Shown here piece by piece: positions 32,031 to 42,466 of a stretch of 64,000 bases of DNA. The stretch comes from Nitrospirota bacterium (lineage in GTDB: Bacteria; Nitrospirota; UBA9217): the NCBI GenBank assembly GCA_963751455.1, contig CAVVUN010000015.1, positions 928,001-992,000 on the forward strand, in the 5' to 3' direction. The notes under the pieces were generated by a model. That model was not told the origin of the DNA and did not search any database. It saw only the letters and a list, made by a program, of their open reading frames with translations. The stretch's first letter is position 1; every line of letters begins with the position of its first letter. Made by a program: the position numbers and the translations under genes.

Positions 32031-32198
32031 CGTAACTATTCAGCTTCTTTTCAGAACGGCATTAAGACAAATCTGAGAAAAAGCCTTCTATCCGCAGATT
32101 TCGCAGATGGACGCAGATTTTAAAACCAGAATTCAGGTTTTGTTTTTATCTGCGAAATCTGCGTGATCTGCGGATAAAAAAATGACCTGAGTAGTTAC
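32031..32198. mobile_element. MITE-like element with GTAACTATTCAG ends and a 9-mer hairpin core
   Basis: (C)GTAACTATTCAG ... CTGAGTAGTTAC; AAAT on both flanks (32027-32030, 32199-32202); internal CCGCAGAT/ATCTGCGG repeats. Confidence 0.75.
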
Positions 32199-32335
32199 AA
32201 ATTATTTTTTAAAAAGCCTAAATACGCCCTTGTGATTTACCTTGGCGACTTTGCCTGCACCCAGCGTTTACGAGTGCTCAGCGCGAGTGCAGGGCGCGGC
32301 TTTGCGAGAGACAATTTGTTTTCAAGGTTTTAACT

Positions 32336-34249
32336 ATGATCCTAGACGGTAAAATACCTTCCGGTCCGCTTCCCGAAAAATGGGACAGGCAATGCCGTGA
32401 CATGAAGTTGGTGAACCCAGCGAACAAGCGGAAGTACACAATCATTGTCGTGGGCACCGGCCTTGCCGGTTCATCGGCAGCCGCTACCTTGGGCGAGCTC
32501 GGCTATAATGTGGAGGCCTTCTGCTTCCAGGACAGCCCGCGCCGCGCTCACAGCATCGCGGCCCAGGGAGGCATCAACGCCGCAAAGAACTACCCCAATG
32601 ACGGAGACAGCATCTTCAGACTGTTTCATGACACGATCAAGGGAGGGGATTTCCGGGCGCGCGAGGCGAATGTGTACCGGTTGGCATCGATCAGCAACAA
32701 TATCATCGATCAATGCGCGGCCCAGGGCGTTCCTTTTGCACGCGATTACGCGGGATATTTAGACAACCGTTCTTTCGGCGGGGCGCAGGTCTCCCGCACT
32801 TTTTATGCCATGGGACAGACGGGCCAGCAGCTGCTGCTCGGCGCTTACTCGGCGCTTTCACGCCAGGTGAAGGCGGGGACAGTCAAACTTCATCCCCGGA
32901 CCGAAATGCTCGATCTGGTGGTCGTGGATGGACACGCCAAAGGGATAATCATCCGCGATCTGGTGACCGGACAGATCCGCTCACATGCCGCAGACGCGGT
33001 CTGCCTCTGCAGCGGCGGTTATGCGAACGTGTTTCACCTTTCCACAAATGCCATGGGAAACAATGTTACTGCGACGTACCGGGCGTATAAAAAAGGAGCG
33101 CTTTTCGCGAATCCGTGCTATACGCAGATCCATCCGACATGTATCCCGGTCACCGGCGATCACCAGGCCAAGCTCACACTCATGTCCGAGTCGCTAAGGA
33201 ACGACGGCCGCGTCTGGGTCCCGAAGCTGAAGGGGGACAGCCGCGCTCCCCAAGATATTCCCGAGCAGGAAAGGGACTACTATCTGGAACGGAAGTACCC
33301 CGCCTTCGGCAACCTTGCACCCCGCGATATAGCGTCCCGAGCAGCGAAAGAGGTATGCGACGAAGGCCGCGGCGTGGGTGCAAGCGGCCGGGGTGTATAC
33401 CTCGATTTTGCCGGCGCCATCGAGCGCCTTGGAGCGGATACAATACAGGAGCGGTACGGCAACCTCTTTGACATGTACGAAAAGATAACGGACGAAAACG
33501 CTTATACGCGGCCGATGCGTATCTACCCTGCGCCGCATTACACCATGGGCGGGCTCTGGGTTGACTACAATCTCGAGAGTACGGTGCCGGGTCTCTTCGT
33601 TCTGGGCGAGGCGAATTTTTCGGACCACGGCGCAAACAGGCTCGGCGCAAGCGCGCTGATGCAGGGACTGGCAGACGGGTATTTCATAATTCCCTACACC
33701 ATAGCGAATTATCTTGGGCAAACAAAGCCGGGCGCAGTAAGCGCCTGCAACTCGGCATTCGCACAATCAGCGGCAGAGAGCGAGGCTTCGATCAAGAGGC
33801 TTCTGTCGATTAACGGAAAGAAGACGGTTAGCGAGTTCCACAGCGAGCTCGGGCATATCATGTGGGAGAACGTGGGCATGGCGCGCAGTAAAGAGAGCCT
33901 CACAAAGGCCCTCAATCTAATCCCCGTACTTCGGGCGGAATTCTGGGAGAACGTGCGGGTGTCCGGCGCTGAAGCAGGGTTGAATCAGCAGCTCGAAAAA
34001 GCGGGCCGCGTGGCGGACTTCCTTGAGTTCTCTGAACTCCTCGTTCGGGATGCTTTGCACCGGAACGAATCCTGCGGAGGCCATTTCCGGGTCGAATACC
34101 AGACACCGGACGGCGAGGCCAAACGCGACGACGAGAACTTCTGCTATGTGGCGGGATGGGAATATAAGGGCGTTGACCAGGAGCCGGAGCTGCACAAGGA
34201 ACCGCTGGTTTTTGAGAATGTGCACCTGGCGGTGAGAAGCTATAAATAG
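32336..34249 (+). CDS. sdhA: Succinate dehydrogenase/fumarate reductase flavoprotein subunit
   Basis: [15 protein letters not shown] flavinylation site, QIHPT, HYTMGG, HGANRLG. Confidence 0.96.
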   Translation: MILDGKIPSGPLPEKWDRQCRDMKLVNPANKRKYTIIVVGTGLAGSSAAATLGELGYNVEAFCFQDSPRRAHSIAAQGGINAAKNYPNDGDSIFRLFHDTIKGGDFRAREANVYRLASISNNIIDQCAAQGVPFARDYAGYLDNRSFGGAQVSRTFYAMGQTGQQLLLGAYSALSRQVKAGTVKLHPRTEMLDLVVVDGHAKGIIIRDLVTGQIRSHAADAVCLCSGGYANVFHLSTNAMGNNVTATYRAYKKGALFANPCYTQIHPTCIPVTGDHQAKLTLMSESLRNDGRVWVPKLKGDSRAPQDIPEQERDYYLERKYPAFGNLAPRDIASRAAKEVCDEGRGVGASGRGVYLDFAGAIERLGADTIQERYGNLFDMYEKITDENAYTRPMRIYPAPHYTMGGLWVDYNLESTVPGLFVLGEANFSDHGANRLGASALMQGLADGYFIIPYTIANYLGQTKPGAVSACNSAFAQSAAESEASIKRLLSINGKKTVSEFHSELGHIMWENVGMARSKESLTKALNLIPVLRAEFWENVRVSGAEAGLNQQLEKAGRVADFLEFSELLVRDALHRNESCGGHFRVEYQTPDGEAKRDDENFCYVAGWEYKGVDQEPELHKEPLVFENVHLAVRSYK

Positions 34250-34694
34250 AAATATTTTTTTGGACGCAGATAAACGCGGAAAAATCGGATTAAATTTAAA
34301 AATCTGCGTGGATCTGCGAAAATCTGCGTCCAGGAGATTTGAAGAGGTTGTTTATGAATCTGACTCTCTATGTCTGGCGGCAGACGGAGGCCATTTCCGG
34401 GTCGAGTACCAGACACCGGACGGCGAGGCCATGCGTGACGATGAGAACTTCTGCTATGTGGCGGGATGGGAATATAAGGGTGTTGACCAGGAGCCGGAAC
34501 TGCACAAGGAACCGCTGGTTTTTGAGAATGTGCACCTGGCGGTGAGAAGCTATAAATAGAAATATTTTTTTGGACGCAGATAAACGCGGAAAAATCGGAT
34601 TAAATTTAAAAATCTGCGTGGATCTGCGAAAATCTGCGTCCAGGAGATTTGAAGAGGTTGTTTATGAATCTGACCTTATACGTCTGGCGGCAGA
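34075..34694 (+). repeat. 310-bp tandem duplication of the sdhA 3' end, spacer and sdhB 5' end
   Basis: 34075-34384 versus 34385-34694; about 11 substitutions, nearly all synonymous. Confidence 0.95.
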
Positions 34695-35401
34695 GCGGTC
34701 CGCGTGACAAAGGACGACTCGTTCAATACCAGGCAGCCGGCATCTCGCGCGACATGACGTTTCTCGAGATGCTCGATGTCGTGAACGAAGGATTGATCGA
34801 GAGCGGCGAAGAGCCGATAGCGTTCGACCACGACTGCCGCGAGGGCATCTGCGGCATGTGCGCGCAGGTGGTCAACGGCGTTCCGCAGGGGCCGCAGGAG
34901 AAGACCACGATCTGCCAACTCCACATGAGACGCTTCAAGGACGGGGACACGCTGTATATCGAACCTCTGCGCGCAAGGGCATTCCCGGTAATTAAAGATC
35001 TGATCGTCGATCGTGGGGCGCTTGACCGCATGATACAGTCCGGCGGTTACATTTCGGTTCATACGGGCGGCGTTCCGGATGCAAATGCGATTCTGATCCC
35101 GAAGACTGACGCGGATGAAGCCATGGATGCGGCGGAATGCATCGGGTGCGGAGCATGCGTGGCAGCTTGCCCGAACGGTTCGGCCATGCTCTTTACAGCG
35201 GCGAAAGTGACGCACCTTGCAAAGCTGCCCCAGGGAAGGGCCGAGGCTGCGCGCCGTGTCTGCGTGATGACCGAAGCGATGTTGAAGGAAGGCTTCGGCA
35301 ACTGCAGCAACCATTACGAGTGCCAGGCAGTGTGTCCGAAAGGTATCAAAGCGAAATTCGTGGCGAAACTGAACCGGGAATATATCAAGGCGCAGTTTTA
35401 A
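34664..35401 (+). CDS. sdhB: Succinate dehydrogenase/fumarate reductase iron-sulfur subunit
   Basis: [33 protein letters not shown]. Confidence 0.96.
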   Translation: MNLTLYVWRQSGPRDKGRLVQYQAAGISRDMTFLEMLDVVNEGLIESGEEPIAFDHDCREGICGMCAQVVNGVPQGPQEKTTICQLHMRRFKDGDTLYIEPLRARAFPVIKDLIVDRGALDRMIQSGGYISVHTGGVPDANAILIPKTDADEAMDAAECIGCGACVAACPNGSAMLFTAAKVTHLAKLPQGRAEAARRVCVMTEAMLKEGFGNCSNHYECQAVCPKGIKAKFVAKLNREYIKAQF

Positions 35402-35464
35402 TTATTTTTGCAATTTGCACTTTGAAATTTGACTTTTGCATTTTCTTTTTGATGGGAGCGATTC

Positions 35465-36397
35465 ATGAAAAAGAAGGTCACAGTCGTCGGCGCGGGTAAC
35501 GTCGGAGCGTCGCTGACACAAATGATCGTCCAGGAAGGCAGCGCGAATGTAGTGCTGTATGACATTATGGCGGGGGTCCCGCAGGGCAAGGCGCTTGACC
35601 TCGCAGAAGCATGTCCTCTCTGGGGTTCCTCGTCCGGTGTCATTGGCACGAATGATTATGCTCAAACTGCCGGTTCCGATGTTATCGTCGTTACCGCGGG
35701 CTTTCCAAGAAAGCCGGGCATGAGCCGGGACGACCTTTTGATTGCAAATGCAAAGGTCGTATCCGATGTTGTGGAGAACACCACAAAGGTGTCGCCGCAG
35801 GCTGTTGTTATAATCGTCACCAACCCCATGGACGTCATGACGCAGTTGGCCCTGAACGTTTCCGGCTTCGATCCGAAGCGGGTGATCGGAATGGGGGGCA
35901 TCCTTGATTCTGCCCGGTTCAGGACATTTGTTGCCTGGGAACTAAGCGTTTCTCCCCAGGATGTGGAGGCGCTTGTTCTCGGAGGACACGGGGACCTGAT
36001 GGTTCCCATGCCCAGGTTCACGACTGTGAAAGGGGTCTCAATCACCGAGGTAATGAGCGGAGAACGGATTAAGGCGCTGGTCGAACGCACAAAGAACGGA
36101 GGCGCGGAAGTCGTCGCTCTGCTCAAGACCGGAAGCGCCTACTATGCGCCGGCTGCGGCCGCGAACCAGATGGTCAGGTCGGTAATCACGGACGAAAAGA
36201 GAATGCTGCCGTGCGCTGCCTACTTAAACGGCGAATTCGGCGCCCGGGGCGTTTATACGGGAGTGCCGGCGGTGCTGGGCGCAGCAGGAGTCGAAAAGAT
36301 CATAGAACTGTCATTGAATCAGCAGGAGAAGAAGGATTTCGAGCGGTCAGTAGATGCGGTGAGGGAGCTTGTTCAAAAATTGAAGGTGATGGACTAG
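35465..36397 (+). CDS. mdh: Malate dehydrogenase (LDH-like)
   Basis: GAGNVG, PRKPGMSRDDL, LDSARF, GGHGD. Confidence 0.96.
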   Translation: MKKKVTVVGAGNVGASLTQMIVQEGSANVVLYDIMAGVPQGKALDLAEACPLWGSSSGVIGTNDYAQTAGSDVIVVTAGFPRKPGMSRDDLLIANAKVVSDVVENTTKVSPQAVVIIVTNPMDVMTQLALNVSGFDPKRVIGMGGILDSARFRTFVAWELSVSPQDVEALVLGGHGDLMVPMPRFTTVKGVSITEVMSGERIKALVERTKNGGAEVVALLKTGSAYYAPAAAANQMVRSVITDEKRMLPCAAYLNGEFGARGVYTGVPAVLGAAGVEKIIELSLNQQEKKDFERSVDAVRELVQKLKVMD

Positions 36398-36541
36398 CGG
36401 ACTGCTGTATGTGTCTTTTAAGCAGTCTTTGCGAGCGAAGCGAAGCAATCTCGCAATATATAACAATTTTGAAAACCGAGCTTGCCTCGTTGCAAAAAAC
36501 GCTCCTCGCATGACAGCTGGTTTTTTTCAACAGCTTGCTGG
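36396..36541. repeat. Degenerate REP-like hairpin inside possible IS-like ends
   Basis: GTCTTTGCGAGCGAAGCGAAGCAATCTC ... GAGCTTGCCTCG...CCTCGCATGACA; outer AGCGGACTGCTG ... TTTTTCAACAGCTTGCT. Confidence 0.6.
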
Positions 36542-36681
36542 TTCCTATTTCAGCGGGATTACTCCGACTTGATTTTGCAACAAAATGCTCTATAATGATT
36601 TTCATTGCATTGTATCCGCAATGACAGCGCCATGGAATTATAAAGCCTTGAATAACAGGTAAACCTTTAAAGGAGGTATCA

Positions 36682-38580
36682 ATGGGCAGGTATGACGATT
36701 TATTTCAGAAGAGCATCAAGGATCCGGCCGGCTTCTGGGAGAACGCTGCGCAGGCCATCACCTGGGATAAAAAATGGGACAAGGTCCTCGACGATTCGAA
36801 CAAGCCGTTTTACCGCTGGTTCACGGACGGGGAGCTGAATACCTGCTTCAACGCACTCGACCGCCATGTCAAGGCCGGCCGCGCGGACCAGGTTGCGCTT
36901 ATCTACGATAGCCCTGTTACGAACACCATCAGGAAGTACAGCTACAAGGAACTGCTCGATCTGGTGTCCCGCTTCGCCGGAGCCCTGAAGGGTCTCGGAG
37001 TCGGGAAGGGAGACACGGTCATAATCTACATGCCGATGATCCCGCAGGCCGCTATAGCGATGCTCGCCTGCGCCCGGCTGGGCGCGGTGCATTCGGTTGT
37101 GTTCGGCGGCTTTGCGCCGCATGAGCTTGCGATCAGGATTGACGACGCCAGGCCGAAAGTAATCGTTACGGCATCGGGCGCGATCGAAGGGAAAAAAATC
37201 CTCGAGTATAAACCGATGCTGGACAAGGCAATTGAAGAGGCTGCGCATAAACCGCAGAAGTGCGTCGTATTTCAGCGGCAATTCGTACAGTCTGCCCTGG
37301 TGAACGGCCGTGACCTGGACTGGGAAGCACTCATGGCAAAAGCCAGTCCCGCCGGTTGTACACCGGTAAAGGCTACAGATCCTCTCTATATCCTGTATAC
37401 CTCCGGCACTACGGGAAAGCCGAAGGGCGTTGTTCGGGATAACGGCGGTCACGCCGTGGCGCTCCGCTGGAGTATGCGGTATATCTACGGGGTCGAGCCG
37501 GGTGACGTATACTGGGCGGCTTCCGATGTCGGATGGGTCGTCGGCCACTCGTATATCGTCTACGCACCGCTTTTCCATGGCTGTACCACGATCCTGTACG
37601 AGGGGAAACCCGTCGGAACCCCGGATGCAGGCGCCTTCTGGCGGGTCATCTCGGAGCACGGCGTGAACGTGCTGTTCACGGCGCCCACGGCCTTCCGGGC
37701 GATCAAGAAGGAAGATCCGAAGGGCGCTTTCATCGGCAAGTACGATCTCTCCCGGTTCAAATATCTTTTTCTTGCCGGCGAACGGCTCGACCCCGATACA
37801 TACCATTGGGCGCATGATCTCCTGAAGAAGCCGGTCATTGACCATTGGTGGCAGACCGAGACAGGCTGGCCCATCACTGCGAACTGCATGGGCATCGAAA
37901 AACATCGCATCAAGCCGGGCTCTTCAACCAAGCCAGTGCCGGGCTACAATGTCACTATCCTGGACACCAACGGCAAACAGATGGATGCCAAGCAGACCGG
38001 CCTCGTTACGATCAAGCTTCCGCTGCCGCCGGGGACACTCCCCACCTTATGGCAGGCGGACCAGCGTTTTCTTGAGTCCTATCTCAAAGTGTATCCAGGC
38101 TACTATTTTACCAGCGACGGAGGATACATCGACGAGGACGGCTACGTCTTTATCATGGGCAGGGTGGATGATGTGATCAACGTTGCGGGCCATCGGCTCT
38201 CCACCGGCGAAATGGAAGAGGTTGTTTCGACCCACAAGGACATCGCGGAATGCGCCGTTATCGGCGTGCACGACAGTCTCAAGGGACAGCTGCCGGTCGG
38301 ACTCTGCGTGCTGAAAGCCGGTGTTAACACGAGCGAAGAGGAGATCAGGAAAGATCTTGCGAGAATGATCCGGGAAACGATCGGGCCCATTGCGGGATAT
38401 AAGGAAACCTGCGTTGTGAAACGGCTTCCCAAGACCCGTTCCGGCAAGATCCTGCGCGGCACAATGAGAAAGATCGCCGACGGTGAGCCCTATACCATGC
38501 CATCGACGATCGACGATCCTGCGACCCTGAACGAGATAGAAGAGGCGCTCAAAAAAGTCGGGTACGCGCGAAAACAGTAG
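36682..38580 (+). CDS. prpE: Propionyl-CoA synthetase
   Basis: YTSGTTGKPKG, DHWWQTETGW, LPKTRSGKILR; AGGAGG RBS; prp context. Confidence 0.92.
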   Translation: MGRYDDLFQKSIKDPAGFWENAAQAITWDKKWDKVLDDSNKPFYRWFTDGELNTCFNALDRHVKAGRADQVALIYDSPVTNTIRKYSYKELLDLVSRFAGALKGLGVGKGDTVIIYMPMIPQAAIAMLACARLGAVHSVVFGGFAPHELAIRIDDARPKVIVTASGAIEGKKILEYKPMLDKAIEEAAHKPQKCVVFQRQFVQSALVNGRDLDWEALMAKASPAGCTPVKATDPLYILYTSGTTGKPKGVVRDNGGHAVALRWSMRYIYGVEPGDVYWAASDVGWVVGHSYIVYAPLFHGCTTILYEGKPVGTPDAGAFWRVISEHGVNVLFTAPTAFRAIKKEDPKGAFIGKYDLSRFKYLFLAGERLDPDTYHWAHDLLKKPVIDHWWQTETGWPITANCMGIEKHRIKPGSSTKPVPGYNVTILDTNGKQMDAKQTGLVTIKLPLPPGTLPTLWQADQRFLESYLKVYPGYYFTSDGGYIDEDGYVFIMGRVDDVINVAGHRLSTGEMEEVVSTHKDIAECAVIGVHDSLKGQLPVGLCVLKAGVNTSEEEIRKDLARMIRETIGPIAGYKETCVVKRLPKTRSGKILRGTMRKIADGEPYTMPSTIDDPATLNEIEEALKKVGYARKQ

Positions 38581-38592
38581 TTACTATAACAT

Positions 38593-38866
38593 TAACCACA
38601 GAATGTCCAGGCAGCCGTAAACGCGGTCAGATAAACACGGATGGACACAGATAAAGTCTAAATAAAAAAGTTTTTGCCACAGAGTTCACCGAGCACACAG
38701 AGAGGCTCCTTTCTCACACAAAGCCACTAAGCAACAGAGAAAAGAATTTTAAAAATATATTTTCTTCGTGGCTCCACGGCTTCGTGTGAAATCGACTTTT
38801 TCTTCTATGTCAAATTTTAATTTAAGCTTCTTCTCTCTCTGTGCCCTCTGTGTTCTCTGTGGCAAA
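38593..38866. repeat. Nested inverted-repeat hairpins of three 8/9-mer subtypes
   Basis: Outer AACCACAG...ACACGGATGGACACAGAT; middle TTTGCCACAGAG / CTCTGTGGCAAA; inner TTCTCACACAAAGCC / GGCTTCGTGTGAAA. Confidence 0.8.
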
Positions 38867-38942
38867 TATATTTTCATGTTATTCCGTGGTAAGGAATCTT
38901 TCATGCGGCCTTCATGGCCGCATTTATTTTAAGAAACAGGAA

Positions 38943-39128
38943 ATGAAGACAGGGTTCAAGCTGGGAGACTTCGAGTTGACCTGGCTGAACGGCGGACGGT
39001 TCGAGCTTGACGGCGGGGCGATGTTCGAGAATGCCGGTTCACTTTGCTACCACGATCCGTTCATGCTGGCCTGCAAATTCGACGGGAAGGGAAACATCCT
39101 TGAAAAACGGCCAGTAGAGCCAGCATGA
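38943..39128 (+). pseudogene. MBL-fold hydrolase (YtnP-like) with most of the gene deleted
   Basis: N-terminus GGRFELDGGAMF joined directly to the C-terminal YHDP motif; no HxHxDH core. Confidence 0.75.
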
Positions 39129-39406
39129 CCTGCTCCTGCTTTTTGTTCTTTTCTCCATCTAAATGACCACCGCATAAATCATTATCTTTCTCCCATTTTC
39201 GTTTTGCTGGGTTGAAAGACCGTCCTCCATGCCTTAGAGACCGGCCCCAAAACAGTCCGCTGAATTCATCGCTAAAACTTTCTCTGAATTTCGCGCTTGT
39301 AATAACTTAGTCCAATTGACTCTGAGAACCTATGATTCTATTCTTTCCATAAGGACTGAATCTATTCAATGTTGTTTGTGAATCGCTCAGGGGAGAGGAG
39401 GATACG

Positions 39407-39709
39407 ATGCAGGTAAGCCAGGTAATGCAAAGGGACTTTATTACAGTCCAATCCACGGAATCTATCCAGGATGCCGCGAAAAAGATGCGGGAAAAACATC
39501 TCGGGACAGTACTCGTGCTTGAGGAGGACCATATTAAGGGAATATTGACCGAAAAGGAATTAATAGAAGCCATGGCCTCTATTTCCACGACACCAGGTAC
39601 ATTTCCGTCGGATGTGAACGTAATGAGCACGGAGCCGTCTGTTAACGATAATGCGAACAGATGCTGTTACTTCAGCGATTTGCAGGTTGAATTACTGATG
39701 GGCCGATAA
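39407..39709 (+). CDS. CBS-domain protein, second CBS repeat apparently truncated
   Basis: MQVSQVM...SIQDAAKKM...GILTEKEL; GAGGAGG RBS. Confidence 0.7.
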   Translation: MQVSQVMQRDFITVQSTESIQDAAKKMREKHLGTVLVLEEDHIKGILTEKELIEAMASISTTPGTFPSDVNVMSTEPSVNDNANRCCYFSDLQVELLMGR

Positions 39710-39743
39710 TCGCTAAAACGCTTCAAGCAATTAAAGAGGGGCT

Positions 39744-40487
39744 ATGGACATTGCAGGAAAAAATGTTGTGATCACCGGTGGCGCACGAGGGCTCGGACGC
39801 GAATACGCACTACAGTTGAGGGCGCTCGGCGCAAAGCCTTTTGTGTTGAATCTCCGTCAGGAGTCTCTCGAAGCATTTAAACGGGAGACGGATATTCCGG
39901 GAAAGGTGGTTGACGTAGGCAACGAAAAAGAGGTCGAAGCGTTTCTCGAAAACTATACGGAAGAATACGGGCCCCCTCATGTCCTGATCAATAATGCCGG
40001 GATCACCGCAGACGGGTTATTTATCAAGAAGAAAGGGGACGAGATCACGAAATTTTCCTATGCGAAGTGGGAAAAAGTCGTCAACGTAAATCTTACCGGT
40101 ACATTTCTTGTCTCACGGGAAGCGGCTTACCACATGGTGAAGCACGGCGTAAAAGGCTTGATTATCAATGTTTCGTCTGTAAACCGCTGCGGCAATATCG
40201 GACAGATAAATTATTCCGCATCCAAGGCTGCAGTCGATGCCATGACCGTTACAATGGCAAAAGAGCTTTGTCAATACGGAATAAGGGTGGCTGCCGTTGC
40301 GCCCGGTTATATAAATACCGAGATGTGCGCTACCATCAGGCAGAATGTGCTGGACAGGATAATCAGCGGTATACCCATGGGCCGTCTCGGTAAACGTGAT
40401 GAAATTTCGGATGCTGTCGAGTTTATTATAAGAAATGACTTTTTTACCGGTCGTGTCCTCGAGTGTGATGGAGGAATGAAAGTTTGA
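39744..40487 (+). CDS. SDR 3-oxoacyl/acetoacetyl-CoA reductase (PhaB/FabG-like), paralog 1
   Basis: TGGARGLG, NNAG, YSASK; PHA cluster context. Confidence 0.9.
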   Translation: MDIAGKNVVITGGARGLGREYALQLRALGAKPFVLNLRQESLEAFKRETDIPGKVVDVGNEKEVEAFLENYTEEYGPPHVLINNAGITADGLFIKKKGDEITKFSYAKWEKVVNVNLTGTFLVSREAAYHMVKHGVKGLIINVSSVNRCGNIGQINYSASKAAVDAMTVTMAKELCQYGIRVAAVAPGYINTEMCATIRQNVLDRIISGIPMGRLGKRDEISDAVEFIIRNDFFTGRVLECDGGMKV

Positions 40488-40686
40488 CGCCCTCCTGGCT
40501 GCTTTAGAAAAAAATTCGTGTTCGGCACCCGTTCTCGAAAGCAGAACTGACCCTAACAAGCTACTGCAGAAATCGGCCTGCCGGCTGGCAATCCCTATTG
40601 TCTAAATTGGACGTTACGCATCGCGAGACGTTATGAAGGACTTCTCTTATAAATAAGAACAGAGCTATTAACGAGGAGGAGATACA

Positions 40687-41133
40687 GTGCCTACCACGGA
40701 AGACATGACAAAACAGATGATGGACATCTTTGCCAATCCTCTTTTCAAAATGGGGTTTTTCGATTATTTTTTGAAAATGCAGCAGGAAGGCATTGAGGCG
40801 GCGCGGAAATTTTGGAGTTCGACTGAGCACAAAAACAGCCCTGTTCCGAATGCGGTCGAAATGTACGAAAAGATGGTCGACTTTTTCATCATCCTGGGGT
40901 TCGTCCCGCGAATAAAATACGAAGAAGCCTTGAAGGAAAACAAAAACCTGAAGGAAGAAAACAAGTTCCTCAGGGACGCCATGCGGGAGCTCCAAACCAA
41001 CCTTTCCAAGGAATGGGGAGAAAAAGGGCAACAGGTCTGGGATGCGAGCATTGACCAGCAGCTTGAGATGCATAAAGAGATCGCAAGGAATTTTTTTGAG
41101 ATGTTCAGGCAGCTGAAAATGGGCAGCCGATAG
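40687..41133 (+). CDS. Hypothetical coiled-coil protein, putative PHA granule-associated
   Basis: GAGGAGG RBS; helical; C-terminus (QVWDASIDQQLEMHKEIARNFFEMF) resembles the next three proteins. Confidence 0.75.
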   Translation: MPTTEDMTKQMMDIFANPLFKMGFFDYFLKMQQEGIEAARKFWSSTEHKNSPVPNAVEMYEKMVDFFIILGFVPRIKYEEALKENKNLKEENKFLRDAMRELQTNLSKEWGEKGQQVWDASIDQQLEMHKEIARNFFEMFRQLKMGSR

Positions 41134-41194
41134 AAGGATCTGTGTCGAGTCATCACCGGAATGAATCGGGATTACAAAGAAAAAGGGAGAGAGA

Positions 41195-41578
41195 ATGGAA
41201 AACGTATCCGGCTTTGTTGACGCATGGGTCAAAGCCCAGCAGAAGTCCATCCAGAGCTGGATGGAAGTGCAGAAGGAATTCATCGAGGGTTGGATGAAAG
41301 CACAGAAGACGTTGATGGAAAACTGGATCAAGGCAACACGAAAACTGGAGGAGTCGTTTCCTGCCGGGGGCACCTCCCAAGACAGCGGCAGACGTGATAC
41401 GCTCAATCTGTACGGGACCTGGATAAAGAGCATGGAGGATTCTTCGAAAGCTTTTGCAGACGAATCGGGGAGACTCCAGGAGACGTGGAGAAAGACAGTT
41501 GAAAAACAGATGGACATAAGCTCGGATATGGCGAAGAATTTTTTGGAAATATTCAAAAAAGCAGCTGAGAAGAAATAG
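41195..41578 (+). CDS. 11-residue-repeat amphipathic protein 1 (phasin candidate)
   Basis: DAWVKAQQKSI-QSWMEVQKEFI-EGWMKAQKTLM-ENWIKATRKLE. Confidence 0.85.
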   Translation: MENVSGFVDAWVKAQQKSIQSWMEVQKEFIEGWMKAQKTLMENWIKATRKLEESFPAGGTSQDSGRRDTLNLYGTWIKSMEDSSKAFADESGRLQETWRKTVEKQMDISSDMAKNFLEIFKKAAEKK

Positions 41579-41633
41579 GGGCTCTCCCGGGCGGGAGCAT
41601 CGACAATCACAACCGAGAAGGAGGAAAATTATC

Positions 41634-42029
41634 ATGGAAGAGGCCAGAGCAGAGGCAAAAAAAGGTTTTGAAGAGGCAAAAAAGGGTGTGGACAGGATCG
41701 CGCAGTTATTCGATTCCTGGATGAACACACAGAAGGATGTCATGGAGACCTGGGTGCGGTCGCAGAAGGAGTTCGTGGACACCTGGGTTGATGCAACGAA
41801 AAAACTGCAGGAGTCCTTTCTCAACACAGGCGGCGCCCAGGAAGGAACGATCAATGAGAACCTGAACGTGTACAGATCCTGGCTTACTACGATGTCGAAT
41901 TCTTCAAAAGTGTTCACTGATCAGGCAGGAAGAATTCAGGATACATGGAAGAACGCAGTCGAAAAACAGATGGACGTGAGCAGAGAGATGGTAAACCATT
42001 TCGCGGAGCTTTTCAAAAAGGCCGCCTGA
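41634..42029 (+). CDS. 11-residue-repeat amphipathic protein 2 (phasin candidate)
   Basis: DSWMNTQKDVM-ETWVRSQKEFV-DTWVDATKKLQ; AGGAGG RBS. Confidence 0.85.
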   Translation: MEEARAEAKKGFEEAKKGVDRIAQLFDSWMNTQKDVMETWVRSQKEFVDTWVDATKKLQESFLNTGGAQEGTINENLNVYRSWLTTMSNSSKVFTDQAGRIQDTWKNAVEKQMDVSREMVNHFAELFKKAA

Positions 42030-42127
42030 TGAAAGCAGCAAATAGCGGAGCAGGATGCAGCAGGGATTTAAAGTATTTCCTTGCTGCTTGATCCTTGCCC
42101 GCTGGTTGCTCGCACGCAGGAGGAGCG

Positions 42128-42466
42128 ATGGATAAGGTTCTGGAGTTCGTAGACGCATGGATGGGTTCGCAGAAAGAATTCATGGAGAGTTGGGTAAGTT
42201 CGCAGAAGCAATTCATGGATAACTGGACCATGGCTACCAAGATCATCCGTGATTCTTTGCTCCGCGCCGGGGGTCCACCGGAAGGCAAGACAAAAGAGAT
42301 AATGGAGCTGTACCAGTCCGCGCTTATGTCCCTGGTCGATTCGTCCAAAGTCTTGTCACATGAGGCGGAAAAAATTCAGGAGACCTGGAAAAACACGGTC
42401 GAGAAACAAATGGACATGAGCAGGGAGATGGTGAAGAACTTTTCGGAACTCATGAAGGCCTCCTAG
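42128..42466 (+). CDS. 11-residue-repeat amphipathic protein 3 (phasin candidate)
   Basis: DAWMGSQKEFM-ESWVSSQKQFM-DNWTMATKIIR; AGGAGG RBS. Confidence 0.85.
   Translation: MDKVLEFVDAWMGSQKEFMESWVSSQKQFMDNWTMATKIIRDSLLRAGGPPEGKTKEIMELYQSALMSLVDSSKVLSHEAEKIQETWKNTVEKQMDMSREMVKNFSELMKAS

Noticed and set aside
34075-34694. DGR template/variable repeat pair
   Set aside because: Differences are not confined to adenines, are mostly synonymous, and no reverse transcriptase gene is present.
40607-40625. Sigma54 promoter before the phasin-like genes
   Set aside because: The GG-to-GC spacing is not 10 nt.
40561-41917. Long antisense ORFs (349 aa and 254 aa) and similar shadow ORFs over aroF, the acetolactate synthase gene, prpE and rpoB
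   Set aside because: They mirror the codon bias of the real genes on the opposite strand and show no motifs or RBS.
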